Both the position numbers and the translations under genes were made by a program. From positions 1 through 45,216 of the forward strand of contig CAZEKY010000002.1 of assembly GCA_964512875.1 (NCBI GenBank): a stretch of DNA of 45,216 nt, given 5' to 3'. Source of the DNA: an uncultured Gammaproteobacteria bacterium. Its GTDB lineage: Bacteria; Patescibacteriota; Microgenomatia; UBA12405. The notes below the pieces were generated by a model that was not told the origin of the DNA, did no database searches, and saw only the letters and a list, made by a program, of their open reading frames with translations. Positions 1 through 8,528 of this stretch are shown here, in pieces (positions within the stretch are counted from its first letter, which is position 1; the number at the start of each line of letters is the position of its first letter).

Positions 1-299
1 GTCTCTTTTATCTGTGGAAAGAATTTCATAACATGATTAGCATACAAAGGCGGGTTGTTAATATCCGGAATAATAGTTAGCTCATAAGGAAAGTTTAATT
101 TGTCCAAATTGGGAATTAAAAGCGACATTACTTCGGTGCCAGTTAAAAAATTACGATTATCAAAAGACTTGGCCTCACCAACTCCAATTAATAATTTTTT
201 AATTCCAGAATTGACAACTTGGTCTAAAAATTGAAGATGGTGAAGACATGGAGGTTGGAAACGACCGATAACTAAACCAAAATCAAAATTATTTTTCAT
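1..299 (-). CDS. Nucleotidyltransferase, NMN/NaMN adenylyltransferase-like (N-terminal part only; 3' end runs off the window)
   Basis: Not in the ORF track because it is truncated. Reverse translation from ATG at 299..297 gives MKNNFDFGLVIGRFQPPCLHHLQFLDQVVNSGIKKLLIGVGEA... This is the GRFQPxHxxH signature of the cytidylyltransferase/NadM-type adenylyltransferase fold. The start abuts the nadE stop (300..302). Confidence 0.55.
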   Translation of the reverse strand, partial: MKNNFDFGLVIGRFQPPCLHHLQFLDQVVNSGIKKLLIGVGEAKSFDNRNFLTGTEVMSLLIPNLDKLNFPYELTIIPDINNPPLYANHVMKFFPQIKE

Positions 300-1022
300 T
301 TAATCAATTGAAAAAACGGGAGGTAAATGACGTTTATGCTCAGAAAGACTAATTAATTGTTTAATTCTAGACTCAATCTCTCCCTCAACAAGATCACCTT
401 GCAAAAAACGATCTAGCTGTTTATAGGTAAAGCCAAATTCGTCCTCATCAAACTGGTCGCTCCATAAAGAAGCGCTTGGTTTTTTGTCAATAACAGTTGG
501 CGGTATATTTAATTGTTTAGCTAATTGAAAAACCTCAGTCTTATAAAGATTGGCAATTGCTTCAAAATCACAAGCACCATCACCAAACTTAGTAAAATAA
601 CCAACAGACATTTCGGACTTATTAGTAGTTCCAGCAACTAAGGCGTTTTTGTGATTAGCATAAGCATATAAAATGGTCATTCTGACTCGAGACATAATAT
701 TACCTAAAACATATTTATTTTCTGAGACCTTATACTGATCAACAATTGGCTTAATATCTTTAGAGAAATATTTAATACCAAGTTGTCCCACGACAGCCAA
801 AGCATCATTAATATCTTTTTGACGACCGTAAGGCATTAATAATCCAAAAACTCGCTTGCGACCAAGAGCCTTAACAGACAAAAAGGCCACCAGGGCTGAA
901 TCAATGCCTCCAGAAATACCAATAAAAATATTTTTAGTACCCACAAAAGATCTAATTTCTCGAATCAGACTTTCTTCAACTATCTTTAAATTTAAATGTC
1001 TCACAAGATATTGTAGCAACAA
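300..1022 (-). CDS. nadE: NH3-dependent NAD+ synthetase
   Basis: 240 aa with the PP-loop motif GISGGIDSALVAFLS and NadE-like overall length and C-terminus. There is no ATG upstream of the PP-loop, so the start must be TTG (1022 or 1019) or GTG (1004). The exact start is uncertain. Confidence 0.85.
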   Translation of the reverse strand: MLLQYLVRHLNLKIVEESLIREIRSFVGTKNIFIGISGGIDSALVAFLSVKALGRKRVFGLLMPYGRQKDINDALAVVGQLGIKYFSKDIKPIVDQYKVSENKYVLGNIMSRVRMTILYAYANHKNALVAGTTNKSEMSVGYFTKFGDGACDFEAIANLYKTEVFQLAKQLNIPPTVIDKKPSASLWSDQFDEDEFGFTYKQLDRFLQGDLVEGEIESRIKQLISLSEHKRHLPPVFSID

Positions 1023-1049
1023 AAAGCTCCCTCAAAACGAGGGAGCTTT
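1023..1049 (-). terminator. Rho-independent terminator-like hairpin after hup
   Basis: Perfect 11-bp stem AAAGCTCCCTC / GAGGGAGCTTT (1023-1033 and 1039-1049) with a 5-nt loop. On the minus strand it is followed by UU-G-UUG. The 3' arm contains GGAG, 4-7 nt before the candidate nadE TTG starts. Confidence 0.55.
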
Positions 1050-1065
1050 AATAATTTCAAAAAAA

Positions 1066-1338
1066 TTATTTAACCATTTTTTTAATCTTGGTTCCAGGAA
1101 TGTAGCGAGGCATTCTTCGAGCAACGATTTTTTTAGATTCTTTTGATCCGATAGCTTTAATGGTTTTAGCTTTAAACATTTTGGTTTTGAAAGTTCCAAA
1201 TCCAGAAAGTTTAACAACTTCACCATTTGAGAGAGCTTTCATTATTTCAGAAAGGAAAGTTTCGACTGCTTGTTTAGCAGCTTTTTTACTAAGCTTAGCT
1301 TTTTGAGAGACTGTTTCGATTAAATCTTTTTTGGTCAT
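1066..1338 (-). CDS. hup: DNA-binding protein HU/IHF family
   Basis: 90 aa: MTKKDLIETVSQKAKLSKKAAKQAVETFLSEI...GFGTF...R.PRYIPGTK, a typical HU fold sequence. Confidence 0.9.
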   Translation of the reverse strand: MTKKDLIETVSQKAKLSKKAAKQAVETFLSEIMKALSNGEVVKLSGFGTFKTKMFKAKTIKAIGSKESKKIVARRMPRYIPGTKIKKMVK

Positions 1339-1405
1339 TTTATATTTAATAAAAATTAATAATTCTCCTTAATTTTAAAGGAATATTTATGATTTGCAAT
1401 AGAAG

Positions 1406-2980
1406 TTATTCGTTTTTTACCGCATTTTTGTTGATTTTGCTACCAACAATAATACTACTAGTACGAAGCTCGCGAATAACAGTTACTTTTATTTGACCAG
1501 CCCATTTGGCCTCTTCATCTAATTTTTCAGCAATATTTTGACTTAAAACTTCAGCTTCAGAATCAGATACCTGAGTTGGCTCAACGATGACAACCACTTC
1601 TCTACCTGCTTGATATGCAGCCACACTGGTAACTCCAGGGAAAGACATGGCCACCTCTTCAATATTTTTCATTCTCTTAAGATATTCTTCGTGAACCTCA
1701 TAACGAGCACCAGGTCGAGCACCTGAAGCGGCATCGCCGATATAAACTATGACCGATTCAACTGAAGAAAATTCTTTATCTTCATGATGTTCAGCTACAC
1801 AGTTAATAATTTTTTCTGGCATTTTAAACTTTCTTAACAAATCAATACCAAGGTCAACATGAGTGCCCTCTTGGTCGGTAATTACTTTTCCAATATCATG
1901 AAGTAAAGCTCCCAATCTGACAGTATTGACATCGGCTTTTAATTCAAAAGCAATAGCGGTGGCAATTTTAGTCGCTTCAACTGTATGCTTGGCCAGGTTT
2001 TGTCCGTATGAAAAACGGAATTTGTACTTACCAATTTCTTTAATTAAATCGATTGGTAAATTAAAAACACCAACTTCTTGAGTTATCTTTTTACCTTCGT
2101 TAAGAAGAATTCTATCCATCTCAGTTTTAGTTTGAGCAACTACCTGTTCAATCTTAAGAGGTTGAATGCGACCATCTTTAATTAATTTTTCCAGCGATAA
2201 ACGAGCAATTTCTCGACGGGTTGAATCGAAAGAAGAAATTCTAATATCGTTTGTTTCATCCAGCTCAATTTCAACACCAGTCGCTTTTTCAAAAGTACGA
2301 ATATTTCGACCTTCTCTACCGATAATTTTTCCCTTAATTTTTTCATCAGCTAAAGAAATAGTAGAAACAGTATATTCTGCAACATAATCAGTTAAACCAT
2401 GACGGATATTATCAATGATGACCTCTTTGGTTATTTCCTCTTCTTTTTGTTTAATTTCACCTCGAGCTTCTTCAATTTTTTTAGCTACCCAAGTAGACAT
2501 TCTTTTTTCGGTGCTACTAATAACTAACTGTTTGGCTTTTTCGACGTCAAGACCTGAAATGCTTTCTAGTTTTTCAAGTTGTTTTCGGTAAACATCATCA
2601 ATGCTGGCTAGCTTACTTTTCACTTCAGCCGATTGAGCATCAAGAGATCTTTCTTTTTGAATTAAATAGCGCTCTTTTTCATCTAAGGATGATAATCGTT
2701 GAAATATTTCGGCTTCTTTTGCCTTAGCTTCAGCCTCAATTTTTTTGGCGTTTTGAAGGGCAGCTTGAACTTCAGCATGATCTGCCGTGGCAATAGGCTT
2801 AGTCTCATTTTCTTTTTTAACAGGAGAAAAAACAACACGATTGTTGTCTTTTTGAGAATCCTTAGCTTTAATCTCTTTTTTGGCTTCTTTCTTGTTGGCT
2901 GAAACTTTTGAATTTTTTAAATCTTCTGATTTAGGGACAGAAAACAAACCCTTAACTCTTGATAAAAATACATCTAACAT
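1406..2980 (-). CDS. rny: Ribonuclease Y (KH + HD domains)
   Basis: KH motif GKIIGREGRNIRTFEKATGV and HD motif LLHDIGK...HH. The track start at 2992 is a TTG that overlaps the SD. ATG at 2980 sits 6 nt after GGAG, so I take 2980 as the start. Confidence 0.9.
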   Translation of the reverse strand: MLDVFLSRVKGLFSVPKSEDLKNSKVSANKKEAKKEIKAKDSQKDNNRVVFSPVKKENETKPIATADHAEVQAALQNAKKIEAEAKAKEAEIFQRLSSLDEKERYLIQKERSLDAQSAEVKSKLASIDDVYRKQLEKLESISGLDVEKAKQLVISSTEKRMSTWVAKKIEEARGEIKQKEEEITKEVIIDNIRHGLTDYVAEYTVSTISLADEKIKGKIIGREGRNIRTFEKATGVEIELDETNDIRISSFDSTRREIARLSLEKLIKDGRIQPLKIEQVVAQTKTEMDRILLNEGKKITQEVGVFNLPIDLIKEIGKYKFRFSYGQNLAKHTVEATKIATAIAFELKADVNTVRLGALLHDIGKVITDQEGTHVDLGIDLLRKFKMPEKIINCVAEHHEDKEFSSVESVIVYIGDAASGARPGARYEVHEEYLKRMKNIEEVAMSFPGVTSVAAYQAGREVVVIVEPTQVSDSEAEVLSQNIAEKLDEEAKWAGQIKVTVIRELRTSSIIVGSKINKNAVKNE

Positions 2981-3136
2981 AATGATCTCCAAATATACTT
3001 TTTAGGGCAGAAAACACCGGGAACTTAAATTAAAGTTAAAAAGAAGTCGAAACGTGGACTAATTCGAATAACATAATTGGGTGCTTTAAGATAAAAAGTT
3101 AAAATTATAATAATTTAAAAACTAATTGTTGATATT

Positions 3137-3787
3137 TTATCTAAAATTAGCTCGCGCGTCAAATATGCTATTGATATCAGAGAGAGAAAAACCTTGACGA
3201 TAAAGCTTAGCTTTAATTTTATTTTTTTCATTAAAATCCGTGATATCTTGAATATTTATATTTTTTTTACTTAAATAATGAAGTATTTTTTCCTGGTCAG
3301 AATCTTGATCAAAAGATATTTCGGACAATAGATCTGAAGAAAGCCCCTGTTGTCGAAGAGAATAAAGAATTTGCTGTTTTGATTTTTTGTAATTTCTTTT
3401 AACGAAATAGTTAATATAATCTTGATCATTAAGTAATTTTTTATCGATCAACTCCTTAACAATATTGTCAATTATTTCACTTGTATTTAATGAAGAATGA
3501 CTAATCTTGTATTTAATTTTTACCTTTTTAAAATAAAGACTTAACTTTTGTTTAATAATTTTCTCAGTTTTTGGAGAAAGAGCAATTTGTCTTAAAGCAT
3601 ATTCACGACCTAAATAAGTTAAGGAAGTACTAAGAATTTGCAAATAGCGACAGTCATCAATTTGCTCATTTTTTGACAAAGACAACTTGACAACATCATC
3701 AATAAAAAAGGGTAGATAAGAATTATCCGAAAAGGTAAGCCAGAGTCGATTGTTAATCTTACTGGCTTTAAGACTAATGAGTTGCAT
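3137..3787 (-). CDS. recX: RecX-like regulatory protein
   Basis: 216 aa with TAATG stop/start overlap with recA. Repeated helical segments (ALRQIALSPKTEKIIKQKL, KLYRQGFSLSDINSIF) resemble RecX three-helix repeats. The call rests on position plus weak motifs. Confidence 0.55.
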   Translation of the reverse strand: MQLISLKASKINNRLWLTFSDNSYLPFFIDDVVKLSLSKNEQIDDCRYLQILSTSLTYLGREYALRQIALSPKTEKIIKQKLSLYFKKVKIKYKISHSSLNTSEIIDNIVKELIDKKLLNDQDYINYFVKRNYKKSKQQILYSLRQQGLSSDLLSEISFDQDSDQEKILHYLSKKNINIQDITDFNEKNKIKAKLYRQGFSLSDINSIFDARANFR

Positions 3788-4872
3788 TATTCTTCCAAAT
3801 TAGAGTCTTGGCTACTTTCAAGCTTAGCTGGCTCGGTATTTTCTTTTACTTTTTTCCAAATTTGAGCTTTTAGATCCTCAGCTATCTTTGGGTTATTTTT
3901 TAAATATTTTTTAGCCCCTTCTCTTCCTTGAATATTCTGGTTTTCAATTTTGAAAAAAGCACCTGATTTCACAATCATTCCATGAATAACAGCTAAGTCA
4001 ACTAAACTTCCATAAACCGAGATGCCTTCAGTATTCATGATGTCAAACTCAGCCTCTCTAAAAGGGGGGGCTATTTTATTTTTAATAATTCTAGCTCGAT
4101 GCTGAGATCCAATAGATTCACCAGTACTAGTTTTGATATTAGCAATCTTACGAACATCAATACGAACTGAAGCGTAGAATTTAAGGGCTAAGCCTCCAGG
4201 AGTAGTTTCTGGATTACCAAACATAATCCCAATTTTTTGCCTGATTTGATTTGTAAAAATGACAATAGTTTTGGATTTAGAAATGGCACCAGTTAATTTT
4301 CGAAGGGCTTGAGACATTAAACGAGCCTGTACTCCCATCATTGAATCACCCATCTCTCCTTCAATTTCAGCCTTGGGAACAAGAGCGGCAACAGAATCTA
4401 AAACAACCACATCAACAGCATTTGATCTAACCAAAGTTTCAACTATTTCCAGAGCTTGTTCGCCACTGTCAGGTTGAGAGATTAACAAGTTGTCAAGATT
4501 AACACCGATAGTAGCAGCTCTGGTTGGATCAAGAGCATGCTCAACGTCGATAAAAGCAGCTGTACCTCCCATTTTTTGGGCCTCAGCAATAACATGTAAA
4601 CAAAGAGTGGTTTTACCAGAGGCTTCAGGACCAAAGATTTCAGTCACTCTGCCGCGAGGTAAGCCACCAACACCCAGAGCAATATCTAGAGGCAAACAGC
4701 CAGTCGGAATAACGTCAAGTTTAAGATCAGTACGCTCACCCATCTTCATAATGGCACCATCACCATAAGCTTTGGTGATTTGTTCCATAGCAATTCTAAT
4801 GGCTTCGTTTTTTTGACTTTGACTTCCACCAACCGGTGAAGCTTTTTGGATTTCTTTTTTCTTTTTAGGCAT
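3787..4872 (-). CDS. recA: Recombinase RecA
   Basis: 361 aa with Walker [20 protein letters not shown], and the L1/L2 region [24 protein letters not shown]. Confidence 0.97.
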   Translation of the reverse strand: MPKKKKEIQKASPVGGSQSQKNEAIRIAMEQITKAYGDGAIMKMGERTDLKLDVIPTGCLPLDIALGVGGLPRGRVTEIFGPEASGKTTLCLHVIAEAQKMGGTAAFIDVEHALDPTRAATIGVNLDNLLISQPDSGEQALEIVETLVRSNAVDVVVLDSVAALVPKAEIEGEMGDSMMGVQARLMSQALRKLTGAISKSKTIVIFTNQIRQKIGIMFGNPETTPGGLALKFYASVRIDVRKIANIKTSTGESIGSQHRARIIKNKIAPPFREAEFDIMNTEGISVYGSLVDLAVIHGMIVKSGAFFKIENQNIQGREGAKKYLKNNPKIAEDLKAQIWKKVKENTEPAKLESSQDSNLEE

Positions 4873-4969
4873 TTTAGTATTTATATATAACTTAACACTT
4901 ATAGTGATATCAGAAGTAAATATATCAAGTCAAGGAGTAAAACCGAAGAAAACCCAAAGTGTGCCTAAT

Positions 4970-5046
4970 TGGTCGGGAATACAGGATTCGAACCTGCAGC
5001 CTCATGCACCCCATGCATGCGCGCTAGCCAATTGCGCCAATCCCCG
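4970..5046 (-). tRNA. tRNA-Pro (anticodon GGG), CCA encoded
   Basis: The reverse complement is CGGGGAT TG GCGC AATTGGCTA GCGC G CATGC ATGGGGT GCATG AGGCT GCAGG TTCGAAT CCTGT ATTCCCG A CCA. It forms a full 77-nt cloverleaf with C1:G72, as is typical of bacterial tRNA-Pro. Confidence 0.85.
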
Positions 5047-5077
5047 TAGTGCTTAATTTTATCAAATTGAGATACAA

Positions 5078-5109
5078 AAATGACCCAAAACTTTTGCTTT
5101 GGGTCATTT
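5078..5109 (-). terminator. Rho-independent terminator after ppa
   Basis: Perfect 12-bp stem AAATGACCCAAA / TTTGGGTCATTT with an 8-nt loop. On the minus strand a U-run follows (TTTGGGTCATTT-TTG). Confidence 0.65.
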
Positions 5110-5125
5110 GATTTAAAGCCTGATA

Positions 5126-5650
5126 TTATTTTTGCTCGTCTTGGTAAACTTTCATGTCCCTTTCGATCAGAGCATAAGCTTCTTCCCTGCTACCCCAACC
5201 CTTAACGTTGGATGTTTTATTTTTTTCTAATTTTTTATATTCACTAAAAAAGTGACTAATTTCTTTTAAAAAATGCTCAGGAACATCTGAAATGTTTTCA
5301 ATATGGTTATAGCGAGGATTCTTAGCTGGTACTGCTAAAACTTTTTCATCATCACCAGACTCGTCTGACATAATAAAAAGACCAATAGGTCTTACTTCCA
5401 TTAAGCAACCTGGGAAAGTAGGAGCGTCAGTTAAAACCATAACATCAAGATTATCACCATCACTACTTCTGGTGGCGGCAATAAAACCATAGTCAACCGG
5501 GTAATAAAATGGGGAATGGAGAACTCTATCTAACTTTATGACACCAAGTTTTTCATCGTATTCGTATTTGTTTGATGTTTTTTGTGGAATCTCAATAATG
5601 GCGTTAACAGTTTGAGGAGACTTGTCTCCGGTATTTATTTTTGAAAACAT
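5126..5650 (-). CDS. ppa: Inorganic pyrophosphatase (family I)
   Basis: Motifs IIEIPQKTSNKYEYD, DYGFI and DGDNLDVMVL. The track start (5698) is a TTG. ATG at 5650 (MFSKINTGDK...) matches the canonical N-terminus. Confidence 0.9.
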   Translation of the reverse strand: MFSKINTGDKSPQTVNAIIEIPQKTSNKYEYDEKLGVIKLDRVLHSPFYYPVDYGFIAATRSSDGDNLDVMVLTDAPTFPGCLMEVRPIGLFIMSDESGDDEKVLAVPAKNPRYNHIENISDVPEHFLKEISHFFSEYKKLEKNKTSNVKGWGSREEAYALIERDMKVYQDEQK

Positions 5651-5660
5651 AGTGACAGAA

Positions 5661-5688
5661 ATTATATCATCATCAAAGACTAAATCAA
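5661..5688 (-). promoter_or_regulatory. Putative sigma70 promoter of ppa (TTGATT-16-TATAAT)
   Basis: On the minus strand the -35 TTGATT is at 5688..5683 and the -10 TATAAT at 5666..5661. The -10 ends only 10 nt before ATG 5650, and no SD is visible. Confidence 0.4.
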
Positions 5689-5740
5689 ATTTAAACAATT
5701 AATGAAATTTAAAGACCAAAAAGAGGTATAATTTGAAGAT

Positions 5741-6688
5741 ATGGCAATTAAATTTGGAGCAAATGAACTAATTAGAGATGAACATTTTTTGGTTAAAAGC
5801 AAAGAAGTTAAACAAACAGTAAAGGGTGATAATTACTATGTTTTAGAGCTGAGTAACAAAGATGGCACGATTGAGGCGAAAATATGGAATAACAATATTT
5901 CAATGTGCAATTTTGAAGAAGGAAAGGTAATTGAAGTCAATGGCAAGTCTCAAGAATATAACGGAAAAATTAGTCTAATCATTGACAGTTGTCAAACAAT
6001 AGATTCAGAAGAAACAAGTCAGTACTCGCCTTCAGTCCCAACACTGGTTTTTGATTTGGAGACGATTGGTAAAGAGTTTGACCAACTGGATGAGAGCGAA
6101 AAGGACTATTTGCTTAATAATTTAGAGAAAAATGAAGAGGATAAAGAAATTGCCAAAACAAAAACTGCTCTTTATTCAATATTTGGAAAAATTTGTGCGA
6201 TTGGAGCAATAGATGTTTATCAAAATAAAGGATTTGTTTTAAGCTTATCCAATAAAGAAATAAAACCAGAGAAAGATAATTTTGAATACGAAATTTTTGA
6301 AAATGAAAAAGAATTAATAAAAAGATTTTGGGAAAAATGTGCAGACTATGAACAATTTGTCACCTATAACGGAGAAGGTTTTGATTTTCCCTATCTAATG
6401 ATTAGATCTGGAATAAATAGGGTAAAAATGCCTTTTGAAATTAAAAAATGGTCGGATAAGTTTATTGATTTACAAAATAAAATTAGACAAAATCGAGCTT
6501 ACACCTTGGAAATGCTTTGTAAGGCCTTTGAAATAAAAAATCCCAAAGAGGAAGGTGTTCATGGAAATAACGTATCTTGCTTGTTTAAAGATGAAGAATT
6601 TAATAAAATTGCTGATTATGTAGCCAGAGATGCCACGGCCACGGCCGAGCTATATTTGATCTGGAAAAACTACATGAGTGGAATATAA
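5741..6688 (+). CDS. OB-fold nucleic-acid-binding domain fused to RNase H-like (PolB-exonuclease/YprB-like) 3'-5' exonuclease
   Basis: 315 aa. The N-terminal ~85 aa resemble the YhaM/Cbf-type OB fold (GDNYYVLELSNKDGTIEAKIWNN...GKISLII). The remainder has LVFDLETIG (ExoI-like DxE) and VTYNGEGFDFPYLMIR, typical of the COG3298-type exonuclease. Confidence 0.6.
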   Translation: MAIKFGANELIRDEHFLVKSKEVKQTVKGDNYYVLELSNKDGTIEAKIWNNNISMCNFEEGKVIEVNGKSQEYNGKISLIIDSCQTIDSEETSQYSPSVPTLVFDLETIGKEFDQLDESEKDYLLNNLEKNEEDKEIAKTKTALYSIFGKICAIGAIDVYQNKGFVLSLSNKEIKPEKDNFEYEIFENEKELIKRFWEKCADYEQFVTYNGEGFDFPYLMIRSGINRVKMPFEIKKWSDKFIDLQNKIRQNRAYTLEMLCKAFEIKNPKEEGVHGNNVSCLFKDEEFNKIADYVARDATATAELYLIWKNYMSGI

Positions 6689-6693
6689 ATATT

Positions 6694-6858
6694 ATGGACA
6701 TAGAAAACAAAAGAGAGCAAGAAATAATTTTTAAAATTGAACAAGATACTGGTACTTCAATTAAAAAAGAAAAAGGTAACAGGGTTTTTAAAGTGGCTGT
6801 AAATAATATGAAAAAGATAATGATAGCTCGGATTGAAAGAAGAAGTGGTGAATGCTAG
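6694..6858 (+). CDS. Small hypothetical protein (54 aa), weak call
   Basis: ATG 6694 to TAG 6856-6858 encodes MDIENKREQEIIFKIEQDTGTSIKKEKGNRVFKVAVNNMKKIMIARIERRSGEC. It lies 5 nt after the preceding stop, shows no SD, and is below the ORF-track size cut-off. Confidence 0.2.
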   Translation: MDIENKREQEIIFKIEQDTGTSIKKEKGNRVFKVAVNNMKKIMIARIERRSGEC

Positions 6859-6861
6859 GGT

Positions 6862-7590
6862 CTAGATAATAAAAAAAAGGATCAAAGAGAGAAAGATGAC
6901 ATAAAGTCCAAAATACCAAAATTTTTGACTAGACACAATTTTTTTCAAAAAAGAAAGAGAAAAGACTCCAATTAAAAAAGTCAAAATAAAAGTTAAAATA
7001 TTGCTTGGATTAATAAGAGACTGATTGAGAATGTCTGGTGCTTTAAGAAAAATAGCTCCTAAAGAAACAGGTATGAACATAGAAAAGGAAAAATTAAAAG
7101 CATTTATGGGAGATAGTCCAAAGAATAAGGCAGCAAAAATAGTTAAACCAGACCTAGAAATTGCCGGAAGAATTGCTAAGGCCTGAAAACAACCAATAAT
7201 AAAAGCAGATAAATAGGTTAACTTTTTTTCTTGCTTGCTAATAAATTTAGTCAAAAAAACAAAAGTCCCACTAATTAAAAAAAAGAATGGAAGAAGTTTT
7301 GGATTTAAAAATAAAGTTTCTATTTGATCTTTAAAGAAAAAACCAACAATAAAAGCTGGAATAGAGGCAACGAAAATAAATTTTAAATTAGAAAAAAAAT
7401 ACTTAGTTTCTTTTTTAAAAAAGAAAAGCACAGAAAGGAAAGTGGCGGCATGTAAAAAAACATCAAAAGTTAAAGAGGGACTTAATTTAAAAAAATACTG
7501 AAAAAGATTTAAGTGGCCATCGGAAGAGATGGGTAAAAATTCGGTGACACCCTGAATTATACCCAAGATGATACTTTGAAGAAAAGTCAT
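6862..7590 (-). CDS. uppP: Undecaprenyl-diphosphate phosphatase
   Basis: 242 aa polytopic membrane protein with the N-terminal GIIQGVTEFLPISSDGHL signature of BacA/UppP. Confidence 0.9.
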   Translation of the reverse strand: MTFLQSIILGIIQGVTEFLPISSDGHLNLFQYFFKLSPSLTFDVFLHAATFLSVLFFFKKETKYFFSNLKFIFVASIPAFIVGFFFKDQIETLFLNPKLLPFFFLISGTFVFLTKFISKQEKKLTYLSAFIIGCFQALAILPAISRSGLTIFAALFFGLSPINAFNFSFSMFIPVSLGAIFLKAPDILNQSLINPSNILTFILTFLIGVFSLSFLKKIVSSQKFWYFGLYVIFLSLILFFII

Positions 7591-7634
7591 AATTAGGATT
7601 ATAGCTTAAGATCATAAATATTAAAAAGACTCAT

Positions 7635-7663
7635 TTGACCTTAGAAGCAATTTTTAGTAGACT
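7635..7663 (+). promoter_or_regulatory. Putative sigma70 promoter (TTGACC-17-TAGACT)
   Basis: The -35 is at 7635-7640 and the -10 at 7658-7663, 64 nt upstream of the TTG start at 7727. Confidence 0.35.
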
Positions 7664-7726
7664 ATGGCGCTTAACGAAAAAGATTAAGCATGGCTACATT
7701 AAAAATATAGAAAGAAGGGTGCAAAG

Positions 7727-7993
7727 TTGAATGATAGGGTAAAAGAAGAGATCTTTCGGATTGTTAATATAATTACTTTGAATATTGAAAACAATCTGAA
7801 TATTTTTAAAAAAGAAGAAGTTCTTTTTAATCTTGAAGTCATACCAAGTGGGAAGCACTACAATTTGAGAGGCTTGGCTTTTAGCTACAATGAAGTGCTA
7901 AAATCACCGACCTTTCAACTGAAGGAAAATAAGCATAAATATGAAGCTCTGATTCATTACAGAAACCTTTTTGAAGAAATTCTTAATCTGTAA
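7727..7993 (+). CDS. Hypothetical protein (88 aa)
   Basis: TTG start preceded by AGAAGGG at 7-nt spacing and followed by a long hairpin plus T-run. I recognise no motif. Confidence 0.4.
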   Translation: MNDRVKEEIFRIVNIITLNIENNLNIFKKEEVLFNLEVIPSGKHYNLRGLAFSYNEVLKSPTFQLKENKHKYEALIHYRNLFEEILNL

Positions 7994-8004
7994 CAGGTAG
8001 CCAT

Positions 8005-8062
8005 AGCGGTTAAAGAAAATATTTCTATCACTTGATAGAAAACATTCTTTGACCGCTTTTTT
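8005..8062 (+). terminator. Long hairpin terminator after the 7727 ORF
   Basis: AGCGGTTAAAGAA ... TTCTTTGACCGCT, a 13-bp stem with one G.T pair, enclosing an inner TTCTATCA/TGATAGAA hairpin. It is followed by TTTTT. Confidence 0.5.
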
Positions 8063-8064
8063 AC

Positions 8065-8094
8065 TACAAAAAATCCCCCATTTAAGGGGGATTT
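8065..8094 (-). terminator. Rho-independent terminator ending the ribosomal supercluster (after rpsI)
   Basis: AAATCCCCC / GGGGGATTT 9-bp stem with a 6-nt loop. The minus strand reads GGGGGAUUUUUUG. Confidence 0.7.
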
Positions 8095-8109
8095 GTTTAA
8101 GGACAAAAA

Positions 8110-8526
8110 TTAACGTTTTGGTGATTGTTTCTGACGTCTTGATTTTCCACCGGTACCAACCATTCTTCTTTCTTTAACTCTAGAGTCAACAGTTAAAAGT
8201 CCAGTCGGCTTAATGACAGTCTTGAAATTGCCATCAATTTTTACCAAAGCACGACAAAGTGCTAGCTGAAGAGCTTCTACTTGACCACCCTTTCCGCCGC
8301 CAACAATTTTGGCTTGGAAATAATATTTACCAACAGTGTCAGTAATTAAAAATGGTCGATCATAAGCAATCTTGGCAGTCTTGGTTGGAAAATAGATTTC
8401 AATAGCTTTTGAATTTACCTGAGAAGCTCCTTTACCTGAGAATAATTTAACTGTAGCTACAGCTGCTTTTCGTCTACCGATAGCATAAGTATAAGTATTT
8501 TTAGTAGTTATTTTTTTAGTTGCCAT
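8110..8526 (-). CDS. rpsI: 30S ribosomal protein S9
   Basis: 138 aa with GRRKAAVATV, GGGKGGQVEAL and the C-terminal RRQKQSPKR. Confidence 0.95.
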   Translation of the reverse strand: MATKKITTKNTYTYAIGRRKAAVATVKLFSGKGASQVNSKAIEIYFPTKTAKIAYDRPFLITDTVGKYYFQAKIVGGGKGGQVEALQLALCRALVKIDGNFKTVIKPTGLLTVDSRVKERRMVGTGGKSRRQKQSPKR

Positions 8527-8528
8527 AA

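Noticed and set aside
4873-4969. A LexA/SOS box or clear promoter upstream of recA.
   Set aside because: There are only loose TGATAT direct repeats and sub-optimal -35/-10 spacings (11, 19 or 23 nt). No CGAAC-N4-GTTCG or CTGT-N8-ACAG type palindrome is present.
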